In this document: positions 42,461-52,977 of the stretch, piece after piece
Layout of the letters: every line of letters starts with the position of its first letter
How positions within the stretch are numbered: position 1 is the first letter of the stretch
Origin: an uncultured delta proteobacterium
GTDB lineage: Bacteria > Desulfobacterota > Desulfuromonadia > Desulfuromonadales > JACZKF01
DNA: 64,000 nt
Assembly: GCA_963816395.1 (NCBI GenBank)
Contig: CAWFKQ010000002.1
Coordinates: 45,144 to 109,143 of the forward strand
Direction: 5' to 3'
The notes under the pieces: generated by a model
Told to the model about the DNA's origin: nothing
What the model saw: only the letters and a program-made list of their open reading frames with translations
Database searches by the model: none
Made by a program: the position numbers and the translations under genes

Positions 42461-44728
42461 ATGCCGTTAAACCCGGAGCAATTCGCGCGGGTCCTCGCCT
42501 GTCTGATCGAGGAGACCGCCCTGAAACCTTTCCAGGTGGAAAATACCGTCGCCCTGCTGAACGAGGGGGCCACCGTTCCCTTTATTGCCCGCTACCGCAA
42601 GGAGCACACCGGCGAACTGGACGAGGTCCAGGTTCGTTTGATCGAGGAGCGTCTCGGCTACTTCCGGGAGCTCGAAGAGCGCAAGGGCACTATCCTCAAG
42701 TCGATCGAAGAGCAGGGAAAGCTTACCGCCGAACTGCAGGCGCGCATCGAGGCCACCCGGCAGAAAACGGAACTGGAGGATCTCTATCTTCCCTACAAGC
42801 CGAAGCGCCGCACCAAGGCGACGATCGCGCGCGAGCGGGGGCTGGAGCCCCTGGCCGATCTGATCGCTGCCCAGGCGCTGATCGCAGGCATGCCGGAGGA
42901 CGCCGCCGGCGCCTTTATCGATCCGGAAAAAGAGGTTCCCGATGCCGCCGTCGCCCTCGAAGGGGCGGGGCATATTCTGGCCGAGCGCCTGGCCGAGGAC
43001 GCCGACGCCCGGGCAATGGTGCGCCAGCTCACCTGGGAGCAGGGGATCTGCATCTCCCGGGTGGCCCCGGAACACGCCGGCAAGGTCAGCAAGTTCGAGA
43101 TGTACTACGACTACCAGGAGCCGCTGAAGGCGATCCCTTCCCACCGCATGCTGGCCATGCGCCGGGGGGAGAAGGAAGAGGTGCTCCGCCTGGCCATCCT
43201 CGCTCCCGAGGCGGAGATCCTGCCGCGCCTGAAGGGGCGGCTGCTGCGCGGCGAGAGCATTTTCCGGACGCTGCTGGAGCGGGTGGCGGAAGACGCCTAT
43301 CGCCGCCTGATTGCCCCTTCCATCGAGGTGGAACTGCGCCTGGAGGCCAAGCGGCTGGCCGACGAGGCGGCTATCGGGGTTTTCGCCGGTAATCTGAAGA
43401 ACCTGCTGCTGCTCCCCCCAGCCGGCGGCAAACGCGTGCTCGGCGTCGATCCCGGGCTGCGCACCGGTTCAAAGCTGGCGGTGGTGGACGGCACCGGGCG
43501 CTTCCTCGAGCATGCCACCATCTATCCGCATACCGGTGAGGCGAGGGTGGCGCCGGCCAGAAGAGACCTGCAGCGCCTGCTGCAGGGACACCAAGTGGAG
43601 ATGATCGCCATCGGCAACGGCACCGCCGGCCGGGAAATGGAGCGCTTCGTCAAAGACACCCTGAAGGAGGCGGGCTGTAGCCTGCCGGTGGTCATGGTCA
43701 ATGAGGCCGGGGCGAGCATCTATTCCGCCTCAGACATCGCCCGCGAGGAGTTTCCCGACCTCGATCTCACGGTGCGCGGCGCCATTTCCATCGCCCGCCG
43801 CCTGCAGGATCCCCTGGCCGAGCTGGTGAAGATCGACCCGAAGAGCATCGGCGTCGGTCAGTATCAGCACGACGTCAACCAGCCGGCCCTGAAGAAGGCG
43901 CTGGATGCGGTGGTCGAATCGTGCGTCAACTTTGTCGGGGTAGACCTCAATACCGCCTCCTGGGCGCTGCTCGCCTACGTCTCCGGCATCGGCGAGTCCC
44001 TGGCCCGCGCCATCGTTCGCCACCGCGATACGCACGGGGCGTTCGTTTCCCGCCAGGCGCTGCTGCAGGTCACCCGCTTCGGCGCCAAGGCCTTCGAGCA
44101 GGCGGCCGGCTTCCTGCGCATCCGTAACGGGGTCGATCCCCTCGACAACACCGCCGTGCATCCCGAGCGCTACCCCCTGGTGGCACGCATGGCCGCCGAT
44201 CTCGGCTGCTCGGTGGCCGAGTTGGCCGCCGACCCGCAGCGGGCGGGGCGCATCGACCTGCAGCGCTACGTCTCGGGCGAAGTGGGGCTCCCCACCCTGC
44301 GCGATATCGTCGAGGAGCTGAAGAAGCCCGGCCGCGATCCCCGTGAACAGTTCCAGGCGGCCGTTTTTCGCGAGGATGTGCAGGAGATGGCCGATCTGCG
44401 CGAAGGGATGATTCTGCAGGGGACGGTGACCAACGTCACCGCCTTCGGCGCCTTCGTCGACATCGGCGTGCACCAGGACGGCCTGGTGCACGTCAGCCAC
44501 CTGGCGCAGCGCTATGTACGCGACCCGCACCAGGCGGTCAAGGTGGGGCAGATCGTCAAGGTCAAGGTGCTGGCGGTCGATGTGGTGCGGCGGCGGATCT
44601 CCCTCTCCATCAAGGAGGCGGAACCGGTGGCGGAGAGCAGGGGTGCGCCTTCTCCGGCGCGGGAGAAGAAGCCGGCGAACACTGCCGATGCGTGGGAGCG
44701 GGCCGGCTTCCGGGTGAAGAAGAAATAG
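42461..44728 (+). CDS. tex: Tex family RNA-binding transcription accessory protein
   Basis: GATVPFIARYRKE, DPGLRTG, EAGASIYSAS, SIGVGQYQHD, C-terminal S1 domain. Confidence 0.97.
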   Translation: MPLNPEQFARVLACLIEETALKPFQVENTVALLNEGATVPFIARYRKEHTGELDEVQVRLIEERLGYFRELEERKGTILKSIEEQGKLTAELQARIEATRQKTELEDLYLPYKPKRRTKATIARERGLEPLADLIAAQALIAGMPEDAAGAFIDPEKEVPDAAVALEGAGHILAERLAEDADARAMVRQLTWEQGICISRVAPEHAGKVSKFEMYYDYQEPLKAIPSHRMLAMRRGEKEEVLRLAILAPEAEILPRLKGRLLRGESIFRTLLERVAEDAYRRLIAPSIEVELRLEAKRLADEAAIGVFAGNLKNLLLLPPAGGKRVLGVDPGLRTGSKLAVVDGTGRFLEHATIYPHTGEARVAPARRDLQRLLQGHQVEMIAIGNGTAGREMERFVKDTLKEAGCSLPVVMVNEAGASIYSASDIAREEFPDLDLTVRGAISIARRLQDPLAELVKIDPKSIGVGQYQHDVNQPALKKALDAVVESCVNFVGVDLNTASWALLAYVSGIGESLARAIVRHRDTHGAFVSRQALLQVTRFGAKAFEQAAGFLRIRNGVDPLDNTAVHPERYPLVARMAADLGCSVAELAADPQRAGRIDLQRYVSGEVGLPTLRDIVEELKKPGRDPREQFQAAVFREDVQEMADLREGMILQGTVTNVTAFGAFVDIGVHQDGLVHVSHLAQRYVRDPHQAVKVGQIVKVKVLAVDVVRRRISLSIKEAEPVAESRGAPSPAREKKPANTADAWERAGFRVKKK

Positions 44729-44771
44729 CCGCGGCAAACGAACAGTTCATCAACCAGTCGAGGAGGAGAAG

Positions 44772-45347
44772 ATGGCGCAACTGAGAGGTACCCGTACCGA
44801 GAAGAATATCCTCACTGCTTTTGCCGGCGAGAGTCAGGCGCGTAACCGCTACACCTATTTCGCCGCCCAGGCGAAAAAGGAAGGGCTGGTGCAGATCTCC
44901 GCCATTTTCGAGGAGACCGCCGACCAGGAGCGGGAACATGCCAAGCGCCTGTTCAAGATGCTGGAAGGGGGAGAAGTGGAAATCACCGCCAACTTCCCGG
45001 CCGGCAGGGTCGCCAGCACGGCGGAAAACCTGCGCGCCTCGGCCGGTGGCGAAAACCACGAGCATACCGGCATGTACCCCGATTTCGCCGCCGTCGCCCG
45101 CGAGGAAGGCTTGCTCGATATCGCCGCTGTCTTCCTGGCCATCGCGGTGGCGGAGAAGCAGCACGAGAAACGCTTCCTGGCGCTGCTGTCCAACCTCGAA
45201 TCCGGCCGGGTTTTCCGCCGCGAGCAACCGGTAACCTGGCAATGCCGCAACTGCGGTTATCTGCACCAGGGAACCGACGCGCCCGAGGTCTGTCCCGCCT
45301 GCGCCCATGCCCGGGCGCATTTTGAGCTGCTGAGCGAAAACTGGTAG
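44772..45347 (+). CDS. rbr: Rubrerythrin
   Basis: AFAGESQARNRY, EREHA, EKQHE, WQCRNCGY...CPACAH. Confidence 0.96.
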   Translation: MAQLRGTRTEKNILTAFAGESQARNRYTYFAAQAKKEGLVQISAIFEETADQEREHAKRLFKMLEGGEVEITANFPAGRVASTAENLRASAGGENHEHTGMYPDFAAVAREEGLLDIAAVFLAIAVAEKQHEKRFLALLSNLESGRVFRREQPVTWQCRNCGYLHQGTDAPEVCPACAHARAHFELLSENW

Positions 45348-45393
45348 AAGGGCGCGGTGCCGGCCAGCGATGATCGCCTCTCGGGGTCCGGAA

Positions 45394-46296
45394 TCAGCGC
45401 CCTGCTTCGGTCAGCGCCTGGCGTATTGCGGAATCATAGGGGGTCAGGTCAAAGGGGATGAGCTCGCGGATGCGATTCTCCCGGCAGATCGCCTCGTTGC
45501 GCAGCCCCTCGATCAGGGGCATGGCGATAGAGGGTTTGACCGGCGTCATCAGCCCGACCCAGTAGGAGGAGAGCCGGGGAGTGAGGACGGGAAGCGGCAG
45601 ATACAGGTTGACCTCGCCGGCGGCGGCGGCGAATCTTTCCATCATCTCCTTGTAGTTGAGGATCTCCGGGCCGCCGATATCGAAGACTTCGCCGGTGGTG
45701 CGCTCATCGAAGAGGCAGCCGACCAGGTAGCGGATGACATCGCCGATAGCGATCGGCTGGCAGCGGGTCTGCACCCAGCGCGGGACGATCATCAGCGGCA
45801 GGCGCCGAACCAGGGCCTGGATGATCTCGTAGCCGGCGCTCCCCGCGCCGATAATGACGCCGGCTCGCAGCACGGTAACCGGGAATTTCGCCTGCCGCAG
45901 GATGCGGGCGACTTCCGCCCGGCTCGCCAGGTGTTCCGATAATTCTGCCCCCTCCTCCCCCAGCCCGCCGAGGTAGATGGCGCGCCGCAGGCCGGCTTTT
46001 TCGCCGGCAGCCACGAAGTTGCCTGCCGCCTGCCGATCGCGTTCGGCGAAAACGTTGCGCCCGGCACCCATGGAGTGAACCAGATAATAGGCGGTATCTA
46101 TCCCCCGGAAGGCGTCCTCCAGGCTGGCGGGATCGAGCAGATCGCCGGCAACTCTCTCGACCCCGGGAGGAAGTTCGACGAGCAGTCGCCGGCACAGGCA
46201 GCGCACCTGCACGTTTTTTTCCAGCAGGGCGGGCAGCAATCGCCGGCCGATGAAGCCGGTGCCGCCGACCACGAGGATGTTTTTTTCTGTCGCCAT
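45394..46296 (-). CDS. NAD(P)-binding atypical SDR/epimerase family protein
   Basis: GGTGFIG, YYLVHSM, SEHLASRAEV. Confidence 0.85.
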   Translation of the reverse strand: MATEKNILVVGGTGFIGRRLLPALLEKNVQVRCLCRRLLVELPPGVERVAGDLLDPASLEDAFRGIDTAYYLVHSMGAGRNVFAERDRQAAGNFVAAGEKAGLRRAIYLGGLGEEGAELSEHLASRAEVARILRQAKFPVTVLRAGVIIGAGSAGYEIIQALVRRLPLMIVPRWVQTRCQPIAIGDVIRYLVGCLFDERTTGEVFDIGGPEILNYKEMMERFAAAAGEVNLYLPLPVLTPRLSSYWVGLMTPVKPSIAMPLIEGLRNEAICRENRIRELIPFDLTPYDSAIRQALTEAGR

Positions 46297-46462
46297 TTCC
46301 CCCTTCCCGAAATCGGCCGAAGGTTTGCCAAGGCAATCACGCCGTGGCCGGAATCCGTTATCCATTGTATCGCGCCGCGGGCAATTGCAATTGCCGGAGG
46401 CGATTTCTGGACGCTTGTTGCTTCGGGAAAAAGACAGGGGAGGGCAGCGGGTAAGGAAGGGA

Positions 46463-47602
46463 TCAGCGGCCGGAAATGAACCGGCTGAGGCGCAGCAGCA
46501 GCCCCTGGCGGGTCTCCAGGGCGCCGCGCGGGCAGAGTTCCTGGCAGCAGAAGCAGCCGATGCAGCGCTGGTAATCGATGCGCAGCCGTTTGCCGTCGAT
46601 GCTCATCCCCTGCGGCGGACAGTGCTCCACGCAGAGGCCGCAAAGTTCGCAGCGGTTCATCTCCGGCACCGGCCGGGCGGTGAGGGATTGTTTGAGCGGC
46701 CCGCCCAGGAAGCCGGGGAGGCCGAACCGGATATCGGTGCTCTTGGCCGGCCGGAAACTGCGGGGGCGCAGTTCCCGCGGGTCGGCGCCGACAATCTCGA
46801 TCTCCTCCGGGCGGCTTCCCGGCAACTGCATCTCTCTGGCCACCCGCTGGGTCCAGACATTTTCCGGCCGCATTCCCAGCAGGTCGATGGCCGCGGTATC
46901 GACCGCCAGCGGTTCGGCCCCGGCCAGCAGGGCGCCGAGATGCACCGGATCGCCGCTGCCCGGACCGTTTCCCTCCATCGCCGTCACCGCGTCGACGATG
47001 GTCAGGGCGGGACGGATAAACTCGGCCATTTCCAGCAGCATCAGGGCAAAAAAGGCCTTGTCGGCCCCGGCCTGCAGGTGCAGCCGGGGTTTGCGCATGC
47101 CGACCACGGCGCCGAACAGGTTCTTCACTCCGCAGGTCAGTCCCATCATCTGGTGCGTCTTCAGCTTGGGGAGATTGATCACCACCTCGGCATCCAGCAG
47201 GTCGCGGGCGATCTCCAGCTCATGGAAGGTCTTGCCTTGCGGATGCACCCGCACCGATTCGCTGAAAGGAGCGAAGGCGGCCCCGGTCTCCTCGATGACC
47301 GCCAGAATGCCGCAGCGCGCCGCGACCTGGCGGGGGGAGCCGACCCCCGGCGAATCCCCCACCGACACCACCCCGCCGGCCGCCTGCGCCAGGCGCACCA
47401 CCGCCCGGACCACCTCCGGATGGGTGGTGACGGCCTTCTCCGGCGCCTTGCCGGCGAGCATGTTCGGCTTGACCAGGACCTTCTGCCCCGGGCGGACGAA
47501 AGCCGCCATGCCGCCCAGGGGCGCCAGCAGCCGTTCCAGGGCCGCCTCGATCGTCTGCCGGCGGTAGTCCGGCGCCGCCTGCAGGGAAACCCGTTGCGTC
47601 AT
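46463..47602 (-). CDS. DUF362 domain protein with C-terminal 2x[4Fe-4S] ferredoxin
   Basis: VLVKPN, TTHPEV, NLPKLKTH, MEGNGP; CELCGLCVEHCP, CIGCFCCQELCP. Confidence 0.88.
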   Translation of the reverse strand: MTQRVSLQAAPDYRRQTIEAALERLLAPLGGMAAFVRPGQKVLVKPNMLAGKAPEKAVTTHPEVVRAVVRLAQAAGGVVSVGDSPGVGSPRQVAARCGILAVIEETGAAFAPFSESVRVHPQGKTFHELEIARDLLDAEVVINLPKLKTHQMMGLTCGVKNLFGAVVGMRKPRLHLQAGADKAFFALMLLEMAEFIRPALTIVDAVTAMEGNGPGSGDPVHLGALLAGAEPLAVDTAAIDLLGMRPENVWTQRVAREMQLPGSRPEEIEIVGADPRELRPRSFRPAKSTDIRFGLPGFLGGPLKQSLTARPVPEMNRCELCGLCVEHCPPQGMSIDGKRLRIDYQRCIGCFCCQELCPRGALETRQGLLLRLSRFISGR

Positions 47603-47994
47603 CGGCCGACCACCTGCAGCTGCAGGTGCCGGCGGCGCGGCCCGTCGAACTCGCAGAAATAGATCCCCTGCCAGGTGCCCAGAACCGGCGCGCCCTCCTC
47701 AACCAGCAGGGTTTCGCTCGCCCCGACCAGGGTGCTCTTGAGGTGGGCGGCGCTGTTCCCCTCCCCATGGCGGTAGTTGTCCTCAAAGGGAACGATCTTG
47801 TTCAGCTCCATGATGAGGTCCCGCACTACGTCCGGATCGGCGTTCTCATTGATGGTCACCGCCGCCGTGGTATGCGGCACGAAAAGGACGGCGAGGCCGG
47901 AGCGGACGCCGCTCTGGCGGATGGCCTGGCGCACCTCGGCGGTGACGTCGATCAGCTCCACCTGCTGGCGGCTGCTGATTTCGATGGTGATCAT
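47599..47994 (-). CDS. yjbQ: YjbQ/UPF0047 family protein
   Basis: PHTTAAVTINENADP, HGEGNSAAHLK, LGTWQGIYFCEFDGPR. Confidence 0.93.
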   Translation of the reverse strand: MITIEISSRQQVELIDVTAEVRQAIRQSGVRSGLAVLFVPHTTAAVTINENADPDVVRDLIMELNKIVPFEDNYRHGEGNSAAHLKSTLVGASETLLVEEGAPVLGTWQGIYFCEFDGPRRRHLQLQVVGR

Positions 47995-48825
47995 GGGGAA
48001 TTCTCCGTCAGGGCCGCATGCAGGGAGGCGAAAGCGCGCGGATGGTAGAGCAGGGCGGTGTGGCCAAATCCGGAAAGCTCCACGTTCGCTGCCCCTTCCA
48101 GGCGCCCCGCGGTAAAGGGCAGGACAATATTCTCGTGCCGGCTGTAGATCGCGGTCAGCCGGACTCCGGCGGGCCGGGGCGCGGCCGCCAGCCGGCCCAG
48201 CAGTTCGGCGCCCGGCATGACGCCGGCGGCCAGAGGGGAGAGGGCGAAAGGCACCATCTTCGACCCCTGGTTCGGCACGCCGAGCAGGATGCAGCGGTCG
48301 ATTTTCCCGGCGCTATCTTGGAGTTGCAGGTAATTGCGGGCGACGATGCCGCCCATGGAATGGCACACCAGGTGGATCTTTTCCACCCCGGCGGCCTGGC
48401 GCAGCTGGTCGACTTTCGCCGGCCAGGCGCGCGCTCAGGTCCTCGATGCCCTGCCAGGGGGGGAGCGCCAGCACATACAGGTTTCGAAAACCGTGTCGGC
48501 GCAGCCGATGCATGGTCCAGAGCCAGCAGGCCGGCGACTGGAAAAGGCCGTGCAGGAAAAGGATGGGGGTGCCACTCTCCGCCGCCGGTGCTTTCTCCCG
48601 CCAGGCGAACCAGCCGAAGGGGTGCAGCAGAAAGCTCACAAAGACGACCAGGACTTCCGTGGCCACCAGCCGCCAGGCAAGGACAAAGGCATCGGCGGTG
48701 AAGCGGCTCGCCAGCAGGTGCGGCTCCCGGTTGGCGTTCTCGTACCAGGCGACGGCGAAAGTGAACTTGGCGAAGATCGCCGCCGCTCCCAGCAGCAGCG
48801 CTAAGATACCGAAAAATATATACAT
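47991..48825 (-). CDS. Membrane-anchored alpha/beta hydrolase (lipase/esterase); apparent frameshift ~48415
   Basis: N-terminal TMs, PILFLHG, nucleophile elbow CHSMGG, GHTALL. Confidence 0.8.
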
Positions 48826-48884
48826 CGTTCCCCCAAGGCGAAGGGGCATTATGTCACGGCGGCCGGTGCGGGTCAACCGCCTGC

Positions 48885-48992
48885 GACCCCCCCGCCCTTC
48901 GGGCACCCCCCCTGTTTCACAAGGGGGGCAGGGCAGTATCCCCCCTGCTTGCAGGGGGGAAGGCTCGCGCAGCGAGACAGGGGGGTGCTTTG
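48885..48992 (+). repeat. Four-hairpin ~105-bp repeat, copy 1
   Basis: GACCCCCCCGCCCTTCGGGCACCCCCCCTGTTTCACAAGGGGGG...GGCTCGCGCAGCGAGACAGGGGGGT. Confidence 0.9.
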
Positions 48993-49072
48993 TGATTGGT
49001 ATTGACCCTCCCCGCCATCCATGGGAAGCTGATCCCCTATTGACCGCCATTCTTCCAGAGGTTGCGAGTGCC

Positions 49073-49972
49073 ATGCAGAGCCTGATCGCCCGCTTCGACC
49101 GTCATCTCGCCGTCGAGCGCAATGTCTCGGAGCATACCCGCCGCGCCTACCGCCAGGATCTGGAAGAATTTTCCCGTTTTCTCGCGGAAAACCCGGCCAC
49201 CAGAGAGCCTGGGGAAGCGGGGCTCGGGCGGGTCGACCGCCTGGTGCTGCGCCACTATCTGGCGCTGCTGCACAGGACGAACCGCAAATCGACCATCGGC
49301 CGCAAGCTCTCCGCCCTGCGCACCTTCTTCCGCTTTCTCGTGCGGGAGGGCGTGCTGACGGTCAGCCCCGGGGAGATGGTGGGGACGCCGCGGCAGGAGA
49401 AATATCTGCCGAAGACCTTGTCGGTGGATGAGGCGTTTGCGCTGATGGAGCACCAGGGCGGCGAAAATCTTCTCGCCCTGCGCGACCGGGCGATTCTGGA
49501 GACCCTCTATTCCTGCGGTCTGCGGGTGAGCGAGCTGACCGGACTGGACGTCGGCAGCGTCGACCTGCAGCAGGCCCTGGTGCGGGTGGTGGGAAAGGGG
49601 CGCAAGGAGCGTATCGTGCCGGTGGGGCGCAAGGCACGCGAGGCGCTGGGCCGTTACCTGGAGGCGCGGGGGAATCCGGCCGACGGCGAAGCCCTGTTCC
49701 TCAATCACCGCGGCGGCCGTCTGACCGCGCGCAGCGTCGAGCGCCACCTGAAAACCCAGTTGCTGCAGGCCGGCATCCTCAAGGAAGCGACGCCGCACAG
49801 CCTGCGCCATTCCTTCGCGACCCACCTGCTCGACGGCGGCGCCGACCTGCGGGCCATCCAGGAGCTGCTCGGCCACGCCTCTCTTTCCACCACCCAGAAA
49901 TATACCCAGGTAAGCATCGATCAGCTGATGAAGGTGTACGACCAGGCGCATCCGCGCAGCCGGAAAAAATAA
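49073..49972 (+). CDS. xerC: Tyrosine recombinase XerC
   Basis: SEHTRRAY, YSCGLRVSEL, GKGRKER, PHSLRHSFATHLL, LGHASLSTTQKYT, HPR terminus. Confidence 0.92.
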   Translation: MQSLIARFDRHLAVERNVSEHTRRAYRQDLEEFSRFLAENPATREPGEAGLGRVDRLVLRHYLALLHRTNRKSTIGRKLSALRTFFRFLVREGVLTVSPGEMVGTPRQEKYLPKTLSVDEAFALMEHQGGENLLALRDRAILETLYSCGLRVSELTGLDVGSVDLQQALVRVVGKGRKERIVPVGRKAREALGRYLEARGNPADGEALFLNHRGGRLTARSVERHLKTQLLQAGILKEATPHSLRHSFATHLLDGGADLRAIQELLGHASLSTTQKYTQVSIDQLMKVYDQAHPRSRKK

Positions 49973-50053
49973 CGATAAAGGTCATCAATTCCTTGACAGA
50001 CCTCCCCCCGGGATTAAGCTTTTAGCAATCAATTTTCCCAAGGAGGATACGCT

Positions 50054-50575
50054 ATGCTGCAGGTCGGTCAGCCAGCCCCCGATTTCACCATGGAGGGCGT
50101 CGTCGGCAAGGAATTCCGGGAGGTCAATCTATCGGATTACCGCGGAAAATGGGTGGTCCTGTTCTTCTATCCCCTCGATTTCACCTTCGTCTGCCCGACG
50201 GAGATCATCGGTTTCAACGAACATTACGAGGAATTCAAAAAGCACAACGCCGAAATCCTCGGCGCCAGCGTCGATTCCAAGTTTTCGCACCTGGCCTGGA
50301 TCGGCAAGGAATTGGGGGACCTGCATTATCCTCTCCTCTCCGACATCACCAAGGAAAACGCCCGCAACTACGGAATCCTCATTGAACATCAGGGGATCAG
50401 TCTGCGCGGCCTCTACATCATCGACCCGAATGGCATCCTGCGCTACGAACTGGTGCATGACCTGGGAGTCGGCCGCAGTGTCGAGGAGACGCTGCGGGTC
50501 CTGGAAGCCCTGCAGACGGGGGAGCTCTGCCCGGTCAACTGGCGCAAGGGAACGAAAACCCTGGGCAAGGCGTAG
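50054..50575 (+). CDS. ahpC: 2-Cys peroxiredoxin (AhpC/TSA)
   Basis: YPLDFTFVCPTE, GRSVEETLR, LCPVNW. Confidence 0.95.
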   Translation: MLQVGQPAPDFTMEGVVGKEFREVNLSDYRGKWVVLFFYPLDFTFVCPTEIIGFNEHYEEFKKHNAEILGASVDSKFSHLAWIGKELGDLHYPLLSDITKENARNYGILIEHQGISLRGLYIIDPNGILRYELVHDLGVGRSVEETLRVLEALQTGELCPVNWRKGTKTLGKA

Positions 50576-50592
50576 ACGATCCGATTCCGGAG

Positions 50593-50626
50593 AAAAGAAG
50601 GCGGCCGAAGGTCGCCTTTTTCTTTG
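50593..50626 (+). terminator. Intrinsic terminator after the peroxiredoxin
   Basis: aaaagaaggcggcc-gaa-ggtcgcctttttcttt. Confidence 0.8.
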
Positions 50627-50633
50627 GTGCGTA

Positions 50634-50890
50634 ATCCCCCTGCTCGGCTGCGCGAGCCTTCTCCCCTGAAAGCAGACCCCCTGTCTCGCTGCGCGAGCCT
50701 TCCCCCCTGCAAGCAGGGGGGATACTGCCCTGCCCCCCTTGTGCAACAGGGGGGGTGCCCGAAGGGCGGGGGGGTCGGTTGCAAGCAGACCCCCAGTCTC
50801 GCTGCGCGAGCCTTCTTCCCTGCAAGCAGGGGGGATACTGCCTTGCCCCCCTTGTGAAACAGGGGGGGTGCCCGAAGGGCGGGGGGGTCG
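50634..50890 (-). repeat. Four-hairpin repeat: two tandem inverted copies plus a partial third
   Basis: ~50675-50777 and ~50789-50890 are reverse complements of the 48885 unit; fragment at 50634-50668. Confidence 0.9.
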
Positions 50891-50898
50891 GTTGGCGG

Positions 50899-51895
50899 TC
50901 AACCGGCGATCTCCCGGTAGATCGCCGCCAGTTCCTGCGCCTCCAGCAGCCGATCATAGAGGTCCGGCCGGGGACGGGAGAGGCTGTAGCGGAGTTCGGG
51001 GGAGTCGAGGAGAGCGCCGGCGTGCAGTGAGAATTCGGCCGCATCTCCGGAACAGCAGGCCATTGCTGCCGGCCTCCACCACCGCGGCATTGCCGGGGTT
51101 GTCGCGGGCGAGGATCGGCTGGCCCAGCGCGGCAGCTTCCAGCAGAGCGTTGGACAATCCTTCGCAGAGGGAGTTGTTGAGAATCACGTCCGACTGCAGC
51201 AGTACCGCCGCCATGGCGGCCGGCGGTATGGTGCCGAGCCATGTCGCCCAGGGCCGCTCGGCGACCGCCGCCAGGAAGCGCTCCCCGTAGCCGGCATCGA
51301 GAAGCGGACCGCAGAAGGCTACCTTCAGAAGTGGCCGCGCGAGCGGATCGAACATGCGCAGCAGTTCGAGATTTCCCTTAACCGGGCGGATTCCGGCCGG
51401 ATGCAGGAAGAGGACGGTCTCCCGAGTCAGTTTGAGGTGTTCGTTGAGGGGATAGGGCGCGGTGCCGATAATGATCCCCGGCGGCAGATAGCGCAGCCGG
51501 CCGGCCAGCTCCGGCCGGTTGCGCAGCTCGGTAAATGTATGGGAATTCTGCGTGATGACCGCCGCCGCCCGCCGCAGGACCTCGCGGATGAGTGGCTCTT
51601 CGGCGGGATCATCGATCCCCTGGTGGATGTCGGTGCCGGTCAAGGTCACCACGAACGGCAGCTGCCGGGCGGCCGGAGAAGCCAGCCAGGGAACGCCGCT
51701 GCGGAACGCGTGCAGCAGGTGGGCCAGATCGGGACGGAAGGCGGCGATCGCCACCTCCAGCGGTGCCGGATCCTCAGTCACTTCGACGATCAGGACCCGG
51801 TGCCCCTGCTCCTCGAGGCCGCGTCTGTAGCGTTCGGCGGTTATCCGGTTGCCGGTCTCCCGCGGCTGCCGGGGGGTGATGATCAGGACGCGCAC
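50899..51895 (-). CDS. GT-B family 4 glycosyltransferase, SenB/GLT1D1-like; apparent frameshift ~51048
   Basis: TGNRITAER, LHAFRS, TLTGTD, IRPVKG, EGLSNALLEA (EX7E), PGN. Confidence 0.8.
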
Positions 51896-52722
51896 GCCAG
51901 GTCTCCGAAATGGATGAGAGTAATTTCCCGCTCGGCCAGAAGGGCGCGAATCGCCGGGGAGGTGAGGGCCGCCAGCTCCCGTTCCCGGGGTTTGCCGGCA
52001 AAATGCCGGCCGGGATCCCGATAGCCCGGGTGCACCATCAGCTCCCAGTCGCCCGGCGGCAGCCGGCGCAGCAGCGCGTCGAGAGCGGTTTCGTCCAGGC
52101 GGTCGAGCAGGGGCATCCCCCACAGCCCGTCCGGAGTCCGCACCCCGGCCTGGCGCAGCGCCCGGGAGGCGGCCGGCGCGAGTCGGCGGTACAGGGCCAA
52201 TTCGGCGCCGAGACGACCTGGCGGATCCTCTGCCGCCGGTTCGGCCGGATTCGGCAGGCGCAGGGCGTCGATACCGAACTCCCGGGCCAGGCGCAGCACC
52301 GCGCCGGTGACGGCGGGAAAGAGGATGCAGTGCTGGTGGGAATCGAGATGATCGGGGACCAGCCCGGCCGCCAGCACCCGCTCGACCTGGGCGGCAAGCT
52401 CCCGGTGGATTTCCTCCGGAGCGATGGCGCCGGCCGCCAGCCGGCGGCGCAGGCCGCGCTTGCCGGGGAACTCTCCCGTCGCGGTGGTCAGGCCAGGGAG
52501 CGGACCGCTCAGCGGCCGCCCTTCGGACAGGTTGAGATGCACGCCGATCGGCAAGCCGAGATCCCGGGCGGCGGCGGCCGCTTCGCTGAAGGAAGGGCCG
52601 TTCGCCAGCAGGGAGGCGCTGGAAACGATCCCTGACTGAAAGGCGCCCAGCACTCCGCGGTCGGTGGCTGTGCCGCTTCCCAGGTCATCGGCATTGACTA
52701 TGAGGCGTATCGAAGAGTCCAT
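51883..52722 (-). CDS. YdjC/ChbG/HpnK family carbohydrate deacetylase
   Basis: LIVNADDLG, GVHLNLSEG, HLDSHQH, ELMVHPG. Confidence 0.92.
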   Translation of the reverse strand: MDSSIRLIVNADDLGSGTATDRGVLGAFQSGIVSSASLLANGPSFSEAAAAARDLGLPIGVHLNLSEGRPLSGPLPGLTTATGEFPGKRGLRRRLAAGAIAPEEIHRELAAQVERVLAAGLVPDHLDSHQHCILFPAVTGAVLRLAREFGIDALRLPNPAEPAAEDPPGRLGAELALYRRLAPAASRALRQAGVRTPDGLWGMPLLDRLDETALDALLRRLPPGDWELMVHPGYRDPGRHFAGKPRERELAALTSPAIRALLAEREITLIHFGDLACAS

Positions 52723-52760
52723 GGCTAGAAAAATACAGGGTTAGTGGGTGGTGGTCAACC

Positions 52761-52977
52761 GACCCCCCCGCCCTTCGGGCACCCCCCCTGTTTCACAAGG
52801 GGGGCAGGTGCAGTATCCCCCTTGCGTCGCAGGGGGGAAGGCTCGCGCAGCGAGACAGGGGGGTGCTTTGCAACCGACCCCCCGCCCTTCGGGCACCCAC
52901 CTGTTTCACAAGGGGGGCAGGTGCCGTATCCCCCCTTCATGCAGGGGGGAAGGCTCGCGCAGCGAGACAGGGGGGTC
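52761..52977 (+). repeat. Four-hairpin repeat: two tandem copies
   Basis: 52761-52870 and 52876-52977 near-identical to the 48885 unit. Confidence 0.9.

Noticed and set aside
49073..49972. Tyrosine recombinase as a phage or island integrase
   Set aside because: Size and motifs fit chromosomal XerC; no arm-binding domain, att sites or phage genes
50899..51895. Selenoneine biosynthetic cluster
   Set aside because: senA and senC/selD are absent from the window; only family-level resemblance to SenB
48885..52977. Tandem repeats as a CRISPR array
   Set aside because: Units are ~105 bp, lack unique spacers, occur in both orientations, and no cas genes are present
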